Assembly (NCBI RefSeq): GCF_003918875.1
Contig: NW_025765015.1
Span: 310,001-374,000, forward strand
DNA length: 64,000 nt
Direction of reading: 5' to 3'
From: Haliotis rubra
Lineage: Eukaryota
In this document: positions 39,601 to 52,500 of the stretch, piece by piece
Layout of the letters: each line of letters opens with the position of its first letter
Position numbering within the stretch: the first letter of the stretch is position 1
The notes under the pieces: model-generated
Database searches by the model: none
The model's input: only the letters and a program-made list of their open reading frames with translations
What the model was told of the DNA's origin: nothing
Position numbers and translations under genes: made by a program

Positions 39601-40689
39601 CCAGGTATTGGCGCGGCGGAAAACGTGTATGATGTGGCCAACGATGAGGAAAACCACACCGTGGGGAATGAGCCTGCTGGTGCAGACCACGGACACTATG
39701 AGGACATAACAGATGGAATACCAGGGGCAGCTGTGTTCTCTGTGTCCAAAACAACCCCGGGGAAGAAGCCTGCTGCTGGAGACCACGGACACTATGTGAA
39801 CATAACAGATGGAATACCAGGGGCAGCTGTGAACGCCCAGGACACAAAGTCACAACCACCTCTGGAGAAAGTTGACCCAACAGAGGGAGACTACAACAGA
39901 CTGATCCGAGACCACGCCACTCACATCAGGATGTTTGCACACGACAAATATAACAGGCCGGGAATTAAGGAAACTTGTGGCCAACCCAAAGTCAGCGGTC
40001 CATCAGCAGAGTATTTTGTCCTGGAGAAGTCGGACGCCGTCTACAACAAACTAGGAGACAGTGCTACGACCACTAGTGGCCAACTCGATATCAGCGGTCC
40101 ATCAGCAGAGTATTTTGTCCTGGAGAAATCAGACACCGTCTACAACAAACTAGGAGACAGTGCTACGGCCACCACTAGTGGCCAACTCGATATCAGCGGT
40201 CCATCAGCAGAGTATTTTGTCCTGGAGAAGTCGGACACCGTCTACAACAAACTAGGAGACAGTGCTACGACCACTAGTGGCCAACTCGATATCAGCGGTC
40301 CATCAGCAGAGTATTTTGTCCTGGGGAAATCAGACACCGTCTACAACAAACTAGGAGACAGTGCTACGGCCACCACTTGTGGCCAACTCAATGTGAGCGG
40401 TCCATCAGCAGAGTATTTTGTCCTGGAGAAATCAGACACCGTCTACAACAAACTAGGAGACAGTGCTACGGCCACCACGACTGATGTGAAGAATACCTAC
40501 CACCGACTTGGGGACACCGCACCTGACATCTACAGCAAACTTGAAAAGCAATACTGTGTTGAAGAGGCACAACGAACCTACTGTAAACTCGGGGAGGCGA
40601 CATCCACCATCTACGACAAACTTGAAGACAAACACTCTGTCGGGAACAAACAAGGAACATACTGTAAACTCAAAGGAGCGACAGCCTAG
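33683..40689 (+). CDS. Receptor paralog C: signal peptide, 10-Cys mini-domain, Thr-rich mucin stalk, TM and ~390-aa tail with 5 tandem ITAM-like units
   Basis: Fully phase-consistent exons 33683-33707 (MKALHLFL), 34412-34466 (VCAVIVGWIPCGCAVRTS), 37106-37128, 37306-37369, 37768-37802, 38066-38386 (Thr-rich), TM 38551-38677 (VAGVGGVIGGVIITVCIVVLWRCYR), 39016-39076, 39523-40689. Confidence 0.85.
33794..34148 (-). mobile_element. SINE family S2
   Basis: Homologous to 10867-11223; 13-bp TSD CCAAGGTCAAAGA. Confidence 0.85.
34688..36332 (-). mobile_element. 5'-truncated LINE (CR1/L2-group-like) in intron 2 of paralog C
   Basis: RT motifs FVDFKKAFD, GVRQGCILS, LFADD, YKYLG; C-terminal CxxC..C; AATAAA and (TCTG)n tail; 14-bp TSD GTTAACATATTTAC at 34674-34687 and 36333-36346; disrupted frame. 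Confidence 0.9.
39523..40689 (+). CDS. Terminal cytoplasmic exon of paralog C
   Basis: Acceptor TTTTCAG at 39522, in frame with ORF 39415-40689; 18 YxxL/I motifs. Confidence 0.85.
   Translation, partial: DPTTSSGRKPDPVPVPVPDIIKISTGPGIGAAENVYDVANDEENHTVGNEPAGADHGHYEDITDGIPGAAVFSVSKTTPGKKPAAGDHGHYVNITDGIPGAAVNAQDTKSQPPLEKVDPTEGDYNRLIRDHATHIRMFAHDKYNRPGIKETCGQPKVSGPSAEYFVLEKSDAVYNKLGDSATTTSGQLDISGPSAEYFVLEKSDTVYNKLGDSATATTSGQLDISGPSAEYFVLEKSDTVYNKLGDSATTTSGQLDISGPSAEYFVLGKSDTVYNKLGDSATATTCGQLNVSGPSAEYFVLEKSDTVYNKLGDSATATTTDVKNTYHRLGDTAPDIYSKLEKQYCVEEAQRTYCKLGEATSTIYDKLEDKHSVGNKQGTYCKLKGATA
39994..40480 (+). repeat. Coding tandem repeat, alternating 99/102-bp units x5
   Basis: Unit starts 39994, 40093, 40195, 40294, 40396. 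Confidence 0.95.
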
Positions 40690-41299
40690 AAATCAGGATC
40701 TGTACTCCCTTGTTGTCCAGAGTCTGATAGGATCAGACAATTTATTCACACAGTAGTTTATTTTTTTCTAAATTCTTAGCCATGTATCATGCAAGCAAAC
40801 CATTCTTCCTGGTGAATCTTGGAACTTGGTATACAGACTGCAGAATATAGTTTTGGATTTGCAATATGACTACCGATTCAAATGTGCTCTCGTCTTCTAT
40901 TATTCGTGTGGGGCATATTTAGTTAGATTGGTCTTTGTTCTGGAGTTACAATTTAGCGTCACATCGGCTATATGTCGGGCCTATATCCATGTAAAGCGGT
41001 CAACAGTGTGTTCAAATAGTCAGTTAGTCTAAAGAGTCAATATAACAGTCGCAATCTAGGGACATGTCCACAGTGCATAGTAACTGTTTCCAAAGTAGTT
41101 TCTTTCAATCTATACAATGCACCAATAGTAGGGGAAATACTTATTATTAATAATACTTATTGTAACTATAGGAAAATACAGCAATGTCTGGCAATGTATT
41201 CAGTAAAACAAAGTGATTTTTAGTGGTGTGGACATTGCAAAGACAAGAATCACCAGACACGTAACGCACGTGCAAGGGTTCGTGTGGCAGATTTACTAC

Positions 41300-41850
41300 A
41301 GAGTCATGTCTCTGTTCTAAGCAGGCAAATATTCTTTTTTTTGGTATCAAACTTGGGCATCTGTCATCAGCAGATTGTTGATAGGGCAACAACAACAAAA
41401 CTAGCGTCGATGGTTGACGCCGCTCTGGACATCCAAGGGCAACAACTCCAGCCCGGGACAGATTAATCAGAGCGATGGAATTATGAACTTGGTTAACTCA
41501 GGCAATGGGCAGGTTACATCAGGCAGCTGGTGCAAAGTCATATCTGCAGATATTTGTCATCCCACAACTTGCTACACGTTGTACAACTTGCTTTAACTTG
41601 AAGAAGAGAGCTCAGTGGTGTAGGGAACGTCAGCACTGGGATAATCGACGTTTGGCTAATGCCTCGACTTCCATGACAGAAGCAAACATGACACGTCATT
41701 GTAAGCGTTTTATGGACGTTCATGGACATCAATTGCACAACGTGTCCTCTTTGAAGGTGATAACGCACGTGCACGTCTACCAACAGCCGTGATGTGCCCG
41801 ATGTCACTGACGCCGGATGCAAAATTCATTTTTCGAATTTGACCCCTGAC
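41300..41850 (+). mobile_element. Old Tc1 transposase relic
   Basis: RRSGHPRATTPARDRLI (cf. RSGRPRITTPLQDRYI in copy 1) and RAQWCRERQHW. Confidence 0.55.
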
Positions 41851-42559
41851 CTTTTTAACGACCTAGAGCGCCACCAGTTTATTACACAACCCATTAAATG
41901 TGATCGCCTATGCAGATATATCATAACATTTCCATTTGCCAATATCACATGGATCAGGAGATATATGCAATACCGATCTCCTATACGTGTAGGATAGTAC
42001 ATAGTGCAGATATTGGTGGTTGAGTCGTTGAGTAATGGGATGTTGGGTCGATGAGTCACGGTTGTGTGAGTCGTCAGCACGATAGACGTGTTCGTGAGTT
42101 TTAGCAACATGGCATGATGTTGAAAGGTTAGGCCACGCGACTGTTTCCAGTTTTCCTGTTTAATCATGTGTTTTCGAACAATTTTGCTTTTTTAAATACA
42201 TTTATTTGTAAGTATACATTTATGCTTTTGGGTCTTATTTGCTTTTGTTGTTGTTGTTTTTCTTTTCTTTTTTTCTGTTTTGGTTTTGGTGGTATGTTTA
42301 GTGGTAATTTGGGATTTTGGGTTTGGGTATGTACCTAAGACAACATGTCCGTCTTTCTTAACAATATTGATGCTTTTGACTTAAAATACAGCTACAGTGG
42401 CATGTATTATTTGCTTGATAACGTAATTTCAACACAGATCGTTGTGTATTTTATGCTGTATCACTTTGAATGATAAAATTTGGAGAAACTGCACATCATA
42501 GTCTGATTTGTATTTGTCTGATTATGGACATGTGATGCCCCGGTAGCGTCCACCATTCC

Positions 42560-43110
42560 AATGGCCAGTGAGCTATGTTCTCCCATGGGTTGCCATCACA
42601 AACATACCATCACACTTCCACTTCCAATCAGCGTTAAATGGTTCTTCTGGACGGCTATAAGCGCTTGCAGCGCCACCGGAACTGTTCAGATGATATCTAG
42701 AGTCATCTGTGAACATTAGACTATCCCAGACGTGTCTTCTGGGAACCTAAGATGCTGTCGAGGCCTATCTTGGCGTCACTTGCGGTGACATAGAAGAAAA
42801 AAGGGCGCCGGGGCGTCACTGGACGTCGGGGCTGGCTTGCAGGTGATTGTGTATGGTTCTGTTTCTGCCACTACTTAATCTAAATCAAGGAATTATCCGA
42901 GCTGTTAATGTGGCAGTTAGGAATCGATTCCAACGATGCATCAACCGAATATGATTGTCTGGCTAACTCTTCCTCATCCTTGGTAAGCCATGAATGATAA
43001 CGTCTCCAAAGAAACGGTATTGTGTTTTGATAGACATTCAAAATATCTGGCAACTTCGTTTTACGCCATTCCAGTTTGCAAGCGAGTGGACTGATTTTCA
43101 GCAAACCATG
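42560..43110 (-). mobile_element. Old Tc1 transposase relic
   Basis: WDSLMFTDDSRYHL..YSRPEEPF..GSGSVMV. Confidence 0.55.
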
Positions 43111-43354
43111 GCATTGCGTAGACGCTTTACTTACTGTTAAACAAAGTGTTTAACATACGCGCTGAGAGTCAGTTGAGAGTCAGGGCCTTAAAGTCGAAGT
43201 GATGTCTTCATGAATATATACTGAATATTTCTTAGTGAACTTTATATTCAGTATAGTAACTTTTTCCGGTAGAATACAATACGTCATTTTTTGTCCAAAT
43301 CCAAAGGTGATCTTTACTGTCATTACCGTGCTGTGTCACTGACCACCAGGATTA

Positions 43355-43930
43355 CCCATGAAATTCCGGGTTAGAATTGGTCTTCGGCAACCCGTGCTTG
43401 TCGTAGGGGGCGACTAACGGGATCGGGTGGTCAGGCTCGCTTGACACATATTAACGTATCACTATTGCGTAGATCAACGCTCATAGTGTTGATCACTGGA
43501 TTGTCTGGTCCAGACTCGATCAGTTACAGACCTCCGCCATATGGCTGGAATATTGCTGAGTGCGGAGTTGAACAACAATCAAACAAACAAATAACGAATC
43601 AATCATACTTTGTAGGTGAATAAGAGTAATATAGCATAAGTTATATAGTATAATGCTGACAAGAGACATGCATCACGTGTTTGTTTATGCTTCACATTCA
43701 AGCTAGCGAGTCCCCATTTTGTCGGTTGGGGAGGAGAGTAACTTCAGTGACATAGCATGAGGCTAGTTTTCCTGACTGGTGATTCTTGGCCTACACATGT
43801 CATCGTATCCCAGTTGTGTAGATTGACGCTCATAGTGTTGATCACTGGATTGTCTGGTCCAGATTCGATTATGTACAGACCGCCGCCATATAGCTGGAAT
43901 GTTGCTGGGTTAAACAACAACCAAACCAAA
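43355..43930 (+). mobile_element. Two S3 copies
   Basis: 43355-43590 and ~43780-43930. Confidence 0.75.
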
Positions 43931-46057
43931 CAGGCTACAGAACGTTCTTTCACAGTCCTTGGTTAGAGTAACAACAGTGTCAGTGTCAGTGTCAGTAGAT
44001 GCCAGCCACTTTAATACAGAATTATCCCCAAAAGTAGCTTTATATAGTGACATTAAATGGAGACACCAAGACGCACAACGTTGCATAAACGTTGATCATG
44101 ACTTCGGTGTTTTGTCAATATATTTTAGATTCAGCTTTGTCTGCTATAAACTAAAGACAACGACACTCCTACCGATCTGACACGACGGCAGTTAAAACAT
44201 TCTTGAGCTTTGGTATATCACGTGCAGACAGTAAAAGCGATAAACAGTGATGTCACGTGGTCTGCAAGAACTCGTCTCACACGGTATTCCAAAAGGCCGA
44301 CTATATGTGTTTCACATCTCCAATTTCAACAATCAAGAGAGCAAGCGGGCGAAAAATGACAAATGGAAAAATCAAAGTGTTTTACATTAATTGTTATTTT
44401 ACTAAATTTCAAAATGTCAGTTGGTTCTTTTCATTATATATCGTTTCATTATTCCCCGTGGGAATGACAAATCAGGGCAGACGGGCGATTGGAAGCACAG
44501 AATTAGATACGGACCGCCTAATGGACCATACAGACGCTCGAACAAAGTTGTGATGAGATAGTACGTGCATCCCGTTAGTCATGTCGCGACATCCGTGTCG
44601 GAGTGTTACATCCTTGATCACAGCCACTAGGTGTTAGATACATCGCCATCCTTCACGTAGCACTTCCCGTTACAATGTGACTTAATCACCCGAATCAGAG
44701 TCGACACATCAGTGGTAAGTACATGATAATCTGTCACGTTTCTCCTCTCAAACATTAGACACATGTGCGAAATGGACAATAATTGCATCTGAACCTATCT
44801 GATTGTACAAGGTGATGCTGTTAGGTACACAACTGTATGGTAGTCTAATATTGAACAAACTGTATGGATAACAACTTTAAGACAATGGTACAAGAATCTG
44901 TATCGAAACGAAACGTGGTACTCACGAAATACAAGAAGTTGTTATCCATAAAGTTTGTTGAATATTGTACGTCCCAACTTCTAAAATGTCACTCAAACAA
45001 GTAGTAGTCATAACTATGTCTGCACAAACGATAACACCGTCAGTAGAAATTTGGATATTGAACGCTTTGTATATTTGTATATCCTTATGAATTATTCTAT
45101 ATATTTAATATTAACTATTCAGACTTAAAGCCTAATACATGGGGCGTGAGATGACAACAATGGAAGTATAAAAATACTGTTACCTTATTTCAATCTGTAC
45201 TTTACTTTGAAAGTCTAATCCAAAATATAGCAAATGTTACATTTGACCACATTCTAATAGGCATTACGTAGGCATAACTTTATGACTAACTCGCTCACAT
45301 TCTAAATTTGATGGACATTGTCTTTGTACAGCAATTGAGCGCAGTAGTCAATCCAAGCCGAAAACAGAGCAATCTGCATTCCGTTTCTGAAGAACCGGTA
45401 CGTAGGAATTGTTGCCCCCCTCATTTTTCTAAACTAAGAGTTCCAACAATTGGCATGCATCTCAAGGTTCAAGAGAGATCTTGATCCGGGTCCACTATTG
45501 CCGCTAAAGAGTCGTGTAGTTTCAGTACGAGTTTACATAACGGCCCCCAGGGTTTCTCACTTCCGACGCAAGGTGACCTTTGGTTTATGAAGATGAATAT
45601 CCGACACTGTTAACCCTAACTCAGAAGCCTTGTAATGCCATAGTTTGTATACTAGTTAGAAGCCTTGTAATGCCATAGTTTGTATACTAGTTCTACAGCT
45701 GCAAATGAAGCAAATGTGTTGAAGATGTTGAATCGCTTAATATCATCCGCAAGAGAGCAATCATTTTACCTTAAAGTTTCAACTGATATTTTGATTATGA
45801 TCAGTGTTTCATCGAGTATTATATGTTTAGTAGTTTTAGAGTTAGATTGCAATTCATCGGTCCGATTTTGAGCCAAACGGACTATATCAATTTATTTTAT
45901 GATGAAACAAATGATTGAATTTCTTTATTGTCGTTCTCATTCATTTTATAACGTTCTCGTTATCCTGTGACGCTAAATATTAACTCACTCACTCTCTCGC
46001 TATCCTATGCTTGTTCAGTTTAAAGATAATCTGTACTGGTTGGTTTGTGTTATACAG

Positions 46058-46477
46058 AAGGAAGATGGACAGGAAACGCCGCCCAAAGGGTATGTCTCTT
46101 TCTCTGTGGAAAACTGTTCATAACAGTATAGTTTGGTGTAGCTGGGGTAAAAAAACAACCAAACCAAACAGGCTACAGAACGTTCTGTCACAGTCCTGGG
46201 CGTTGGTTAAGGTAACAACAGGGTCAGTGTCAGCGAAGGTATAAAGTTATTTGTGTATACCTGTGTAACGGGGAACAGGTCTGGTCAACCGGGATCTCAA
46301 AATAACTTTCATACAGTTTTATGTAAACATATCGAGTCGACGTTGAAGGAACCCATGTAAATAATTCGAGTTATCCGATGTTCGATTCAACTGCAAAATG
46401 ATGACTTAGGAAGGAGTATGGGTACAAAGCGCTATTTCGAGACAACCATAAGTGTGCTTGCATGAGTGAGTGAGTAA

Positions 46478-46560
<83 letters not shown>

Positions 46561-49500
46561 TAATAGTTCTATTATATTTTCAGGGGCAGATAGAGGGAGA
46601 AAAAGAGACAGGTAATATTGTTGTCTTCGGTGCAACCTGTTGGTGTAGGTGTTTGTTTCCACATATGCCTGTTTTAAAACTGTTCACCCTATACTCGTCA
46701 TAAGTTTAATTTAGTGTTTGATTTCGTTGGCCTTGAACGCCCGACTGTGATGTTGATGGGTTTCCTGAAATATCAGGGCCGCCATTGAATGGTGTTATTT
46801 GTTTTGTTATTTTGCTTGTTTTGTTCATTTCATATGTTTTATGTTTTTTGTTTACATTGTATTTGCTGTTTGGGAGTGGGGAGTGTGTGATCTTTTTTTG
46901 TTTTCTAGGAAGGGGAGGTATTTGTCATATTGGGACTTGGGGTGGGATTGAGAGAGTGTAATTTATCTTGAATGAATATTCACGAAAAATTTCGCGATTT
47001 CTGTTTGAAGCAATAATTTTGAATATCGAGTAAAAGGGAAGTTTGCAACACATAATCTTGGTTATTTATTTGCTGTAGATCTGGCCGCAGCTGCCCTCCT
47101 TCTCCACGTAAGTATAACCATTTATTACTTACCACTGATATTCTTTTGGTGGCAGGGGTGAGCAGTGGGGACGGGGGTGCCGATAACATTATTTTGTCAC
47201 ATCGGTTTTTACAATAAACTGTTATCTAAACAGAATCGCGCATGGTATCAACGTCTTTGTTAAACATCCCAGAGTGGGTGAATGAGTTGACAAAAACCTA
47301 GTATGTTTACAAATCATGTTTATCTACATTTTGATTAAAACGACCAATGTCTAACCTTTGTGTAAAAATTGACTGTATTGATTTTTCCATCACATGGGAT
47401 AAATAAACTCTGTCAAAAAAAGAAACGCAACCCCTGTATTTTAGAGATTTTGATCTGAAGTTTTAGGACGACACGGCATTTTTATTATTTAAGACAGAAG
47501 TCTGAAATTTGGCAGAATAATAACCCAGATGGGCATGTTTAAAATTGTCATTTCAAAAGTCATCTCACAGACACCAGTTTGTCACCAGGGGGGCGTCTTT
47601 CTCAGTATCTCGTATGAGCACCACGCGCTGCAATCACTGCACGGCATCTCCTTGGACAAGAACGGATAAGACGCCGGATTCTTTCCTGGGGGAATGGCTC
47701 TCCACTCCTCCTGCAGTGCAACGGCGAGCTGTTGCAGCGTCTGTGGCGGCGGCTGACGTTGACGTACGCGTCGATCCAGAGTATCCCACAGGTGTTCAAT
47801 AGGGTTGAGGTCTGGTGATTTAGAGGGTCATGGCAAGACATTGACGTTGGAATTCTGCAGAAAGTTCATTGTTGCACGTGCAGTATGAGGCCGGGCGTTG
47901 TCCCGTTGAAAAATCTGTGTCTGTTGGTCAATAATCGGGAGAAGGTGAAGCTCTAACACGTGGTTGATGTAACGTTGGGCTGTCAGGTTCCCTGGAACGA
48001 TCACCAAGTCTGATTTCTGGTTGTATGAGATGGTTCCCCAAACCATGACGCTTTCTCCGCCAAATCTGTCCACCTGTCGGACGCAGATGGGCGCAAAACG
48101 TTTATGACGTCTCCCATACAGACGCTGTCTTCCGTCGTGACGTTGCAAAAGAAAACGTGATTCATCAGAAAACCAGATTCGCCTCCAGTTTTGTAAAGTC
48201 CGTATCCTTACGTTGTTGCACCACCTGAGTCGTCGGCGTCGATGTAGGGGCGTAGTACAGGTCCAACAACTGGTCTACAGGCACGTAAACCCGCTTCTTT
48301 CAGACGGTTCCTAATCGTTTGAGCTGACACTCTCCTCAAACCTGGTATTTGTGTGGCAGTTACGGTTGGTAGGGCATGCCGATTACGCAGGTGATGGACC
48401 CGGATGTACCGATCTTGAAGGGGGGTCGTGATTCTTGGCCTTCCACTTCTCGGGCGATCGTTGGTCAAATTGACGTTGTTGTAGCGGCTCCAAAGTCGGG
48501 ATATCGTTGTTTTGTGAACATTTAGGTGCCGTGCAACAGTTCCAAAACTTTCTCCGGCTTGAACACGACCAATGGCGATATTTCGGTCGGCAGCACTCAA
48601 TCGTGGCATTTTAACACAGCTTTTCGGCGACAAATGAATGAATATAATACGGAAGCACATGGGCTTTTATACACCCCTACATTAACTGCCATTTTCATGA
48701 TTTGCATGTGTTTTTTTTGTGCGAAGTCACCATGAGGGTCATTTCATGCGTTGTGACGGAATAAGCAATAAAATACACTTATGCGTACAAATGCAGTTGT
48801 TTGGATGGTCATCTTCATTAATTACGTGTCTCATTTCAATACATTCGAATAAAATTTAGTTTGGAAGCAATAACTTCATTCAAACGAATTTTTCATATCT
48901 GAGGACAGGGGTTGCGTTTCTTTTTTGACAGAGTTTATTTCAATGTCCAAACAATTAAGGATCTTATTATAATGTCAATTATCATTAACAGGTCACAATT
49001 CAATTCTGGACTCACAAAAGTCCAGTAACTCTCCGCATTGTGGACACTTTCTGACAAGGGATTTAACCAAATTAAACATGCAGTTGTCATGAACATATGT
49101 CAAGGATGAAAAAATGAAAACAATTTTTTTCGAAAACTCAAAATTTAAACTCGCTCGCCCATGGGCCGGCACATTGGCGAGAATGTTGTTTGACTCAGAA
49201 TTCATGTTTTGGAGGTTGTAAATGAAAGAATGTATGTTTATACGTATCATGACACAAAATTCAACTCATTTTGACTTAATTCGGCTAATTTAGAGCGATA
49301 TTTAATACTTGTTTTTTAAGGAAATAGAATTATTAGATCAATTTTGAGCAATATGTTTTGTAATAGATAAACGGGATTATAAAATTGTAGTATAAATTAG
49401 CAATTGCGATTGTTAGTGGCTGTATCCTGAAAGGGGGCTGAAGTATCGTAAAATTATGGTCCTCCTAAGAGGGCACGTAAGTCCCAAAATTATCATTAAA

Positions 49501-52500
49501 ATATTGACACAGTTCACTGTTTGTTACGAGGGAGGAGTGCAGAGAAAGGGACAGCCAGGTGTTCGAGAAGCACGTTCACAGACAAAGTTATTTATTCATT
49601 AACCTGTGCTGTCTCCATCCGTTCTCGAACACCTGGCTGTCCCTTTCTCTGCAATCCTCCCTCGTAACAATTAGTGAACTGTGTCAATATTTTAATGATA
49701 GATTGTTAAACAACTTTATTATTTTTAGGACAAAAATTCTGCAAAAACCTCACAGTGTGGGTATGATGTTTTGATTATGATCAGCGTTTCACTGAGTATT
49801 TTATGTTTATTAGTTTTCGAGTTAGATTGCAATTCATCGGTCCGCTTTTGTGCCAAACGGACTATAGTATGGTGATCTACCTTCAGTTGTTGGCGATCTA
49901 CAGCCTGTTAGTATACTGTATTGTCTTCGTAAATAAAACAGTGTTACATTTCCCTTATAGTTTTAAACTCCATCTGTGATACTCTAGTTATTTTACAGTC
50001 CTTCGATGACTGGTTATTTAACAACTTATATTTATAGTGTATGCCAAACCTTTCTCGGCACTATATCTCTGAAATATTGACGTTAAATTTTAAGTCACTC
50101 AGTCATTCACTTTGTGTGAGTGAGTGAGTTAAAATGTAAAGTCACATCGGCAATATTTAAGCCATATCGTGACTAAAATAAGTCATCATAAATACAGGTG
50201 AGGTAAATCACTAAAACCTGTCAACGAAGGACAGTAAAACCAACTAGAATATCACAGACACAAACAAATATAACTAGTATATATCTCTAAACCTGAATTT
50301 CAGATTTGGACAATACAATATAACGAAGGGCTATAGATCGCCAGCAGCCATACTAGGGACTCACTTTGTGTGAAAGTGTATGTGACCGTCAACGTTTAGA
50401 TAGTCATACCAAAAGACATCAACGATGGTACATATATATTTGACCTGTATATTCTGTTGTAACAAGAAATGGGATCGGCTTCTGTTTCTTCTCAGATGTT
50501 GCTTCAATCTATTCAACTTTTCAAAGTTTCATATCGTTATTTGTAACATTGTGTGCAATACGTATATGTTTGTTTATGTGTCAAGAATATAGAATCATTT
50601 GTGTCTATCAATTATTTCAGCTGGAAATGGAGCGGGCAATAGTGGCAGGTAATGCCCTTTTCTTTAATGAGACGTTTTGGTACACATGCTTGTATCCACC
50701 CATGCTCGTCCAGGCTGTTAGCTGTAGCCTATCGCTACAGACAGTGGTGAAGTCTATGTAATGTTATTAGTCTTAAGGCACCTGGACCGCTTCCGTGGTG
50801 TAGTGGTTAGAGCGTCCGCCCGGAGAGCGGAAGGTCGCGGGTTCGATCTCCGGTCGAGTGATACCAAAAGACGTTAAAATATGGTACTTGTTGGTCCCTG
50901 CATGGCGCTCGGCATTAATGGGTACAACAAGGACTGGTCGGCTCGGAGTCAGTATAATGGGTCTGAGTAGGGTATTCATGCTTAACTGCGGCATGGTATC
51001 TCAGTGAGCTAGCACTCTATAGTATGACCAGAAATTATTGAGAATTTTAGGAATATGTTTAATTGGATTTCTAGTATAAACAACCTTGACCAGCTATCAA
51101 GTGCTTGGTTTCATTTAAATAAGACAACTCGGTTAATCCTTTTTCATTAGTTTGTGAAGAGTTATCCCCCTTTGTTTACTTGCTAGCAGACGACATTTTC
51201 AGTGATCCTCAGTATGGATGATTTAGAGAACAGGAAGTTGATTTTAGAGGACATCAGATCAGCTAAAATGATTTCAAGTAGAACAGGCATCCCTTTGTTT
51301 ATCGTGTTTTGAAAAATATTGCAAATGGATGTGGCACTGAGCACCAGGTAGACGCAGGTAGGCCCAGAAAATTGACTGTCAGTGACAGGAGGCGGCTTGG
51401 TATTCTTGTTTCTAAAAACAAACGAAGGAGTTTAGAAAACTTAAGGCTGGATATGATTGATAGAGGAACTGTGGTTGTCTGTAAGAAGACAATTAGAACT
51501 GAGCTGCATGCAATGGGTTGGCAGAAAAGTCGAGGAATTCAATCACCGATCATGAAACCTGAACAAAAGGAGCGAAGGTTGAACTGGAGCTTACAGCATA
51601 GAAGTTTTAACTGGGGCAATGGGATTTTTCTCAGATGAAAGTTCTGTGTGGCTGTTTCCTAAAACACTGAACTTCTGGACCAAACAAACTGAAAAACCTT
51701 TGTATCAGCGCCAAAATTTGTACAGTCCGAAATTTAACGTGTGGGGTGGCATATCTGTGTTATTTTAAGGGAATATGGGAGGGAATATGAATAGTGAGCG
51801 GTACACAGATATTCTCGAGGGACATTTACTTCCATCTGCTCACGTGTTCTATGGAAATGTTTGGATTTTCCAGCAGGACAACGACCCAAAACATCGTTCA
51901 AAGCATTCACAGGCCTGGTTTCGGACCCAAAATATGGCATTATTAGATTGGCCAAGCTATAGCCCTGACCTAAATCCAATAGAAAATGTCTGGGGACTTA
52001 TGAAGGAAAGTGTCAATTAGAAATATCTGACAAATATTGCTGAAATCAAAGAAGAGGTGGTCCGATATTGGGACAGCATGGACCACGACTTTCTAACTTC
52101 TTTGAGTAGTATGCCCCGCCGCATTGAAGCCTGCATTGCTGTTCATGGTGACTTGACAAAATACTAACTGTTTACCTGTCTTTGAATCTGGAGTTATGTT
52201 CTGCTGATATTCACATTTAATATGTGAGTAATGAGTGAAAGAAATATAAAAAATTACAATCTTTAAATTCTCAATAATTTCTGGTTGTACTGTAAAACCA
52301 GCTTAAATCTGGGCTAGTACAAGCAGCCGCACATACACATACACAGGAATGCACGTCGTCATATGAGCGAAATATTCTCAAGTAGGACGTAAAACCCAAT
52401 TTCACCTCACCACACCTCACCTCACCTCACCTCACCTAAGGCACCCGACCGTATTTTTGCAAAGGTTTAAGAGTTTCTCGACTCCGGACCTGGGCAACAT

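Noticed and set aside
50627-50648. ATG (MERAIVA) as the start of paralog D
   Set aside because: No compatible signal-peptide exon follows; the exon fits better as a phase 1-2 microexon in another frame
50785-50860. tRNA gene
   Set aside because: tRNA-like SINE head continuing into a SINE body with TSD; the same applies to the S1 heads and the B-box-like piece near 53960
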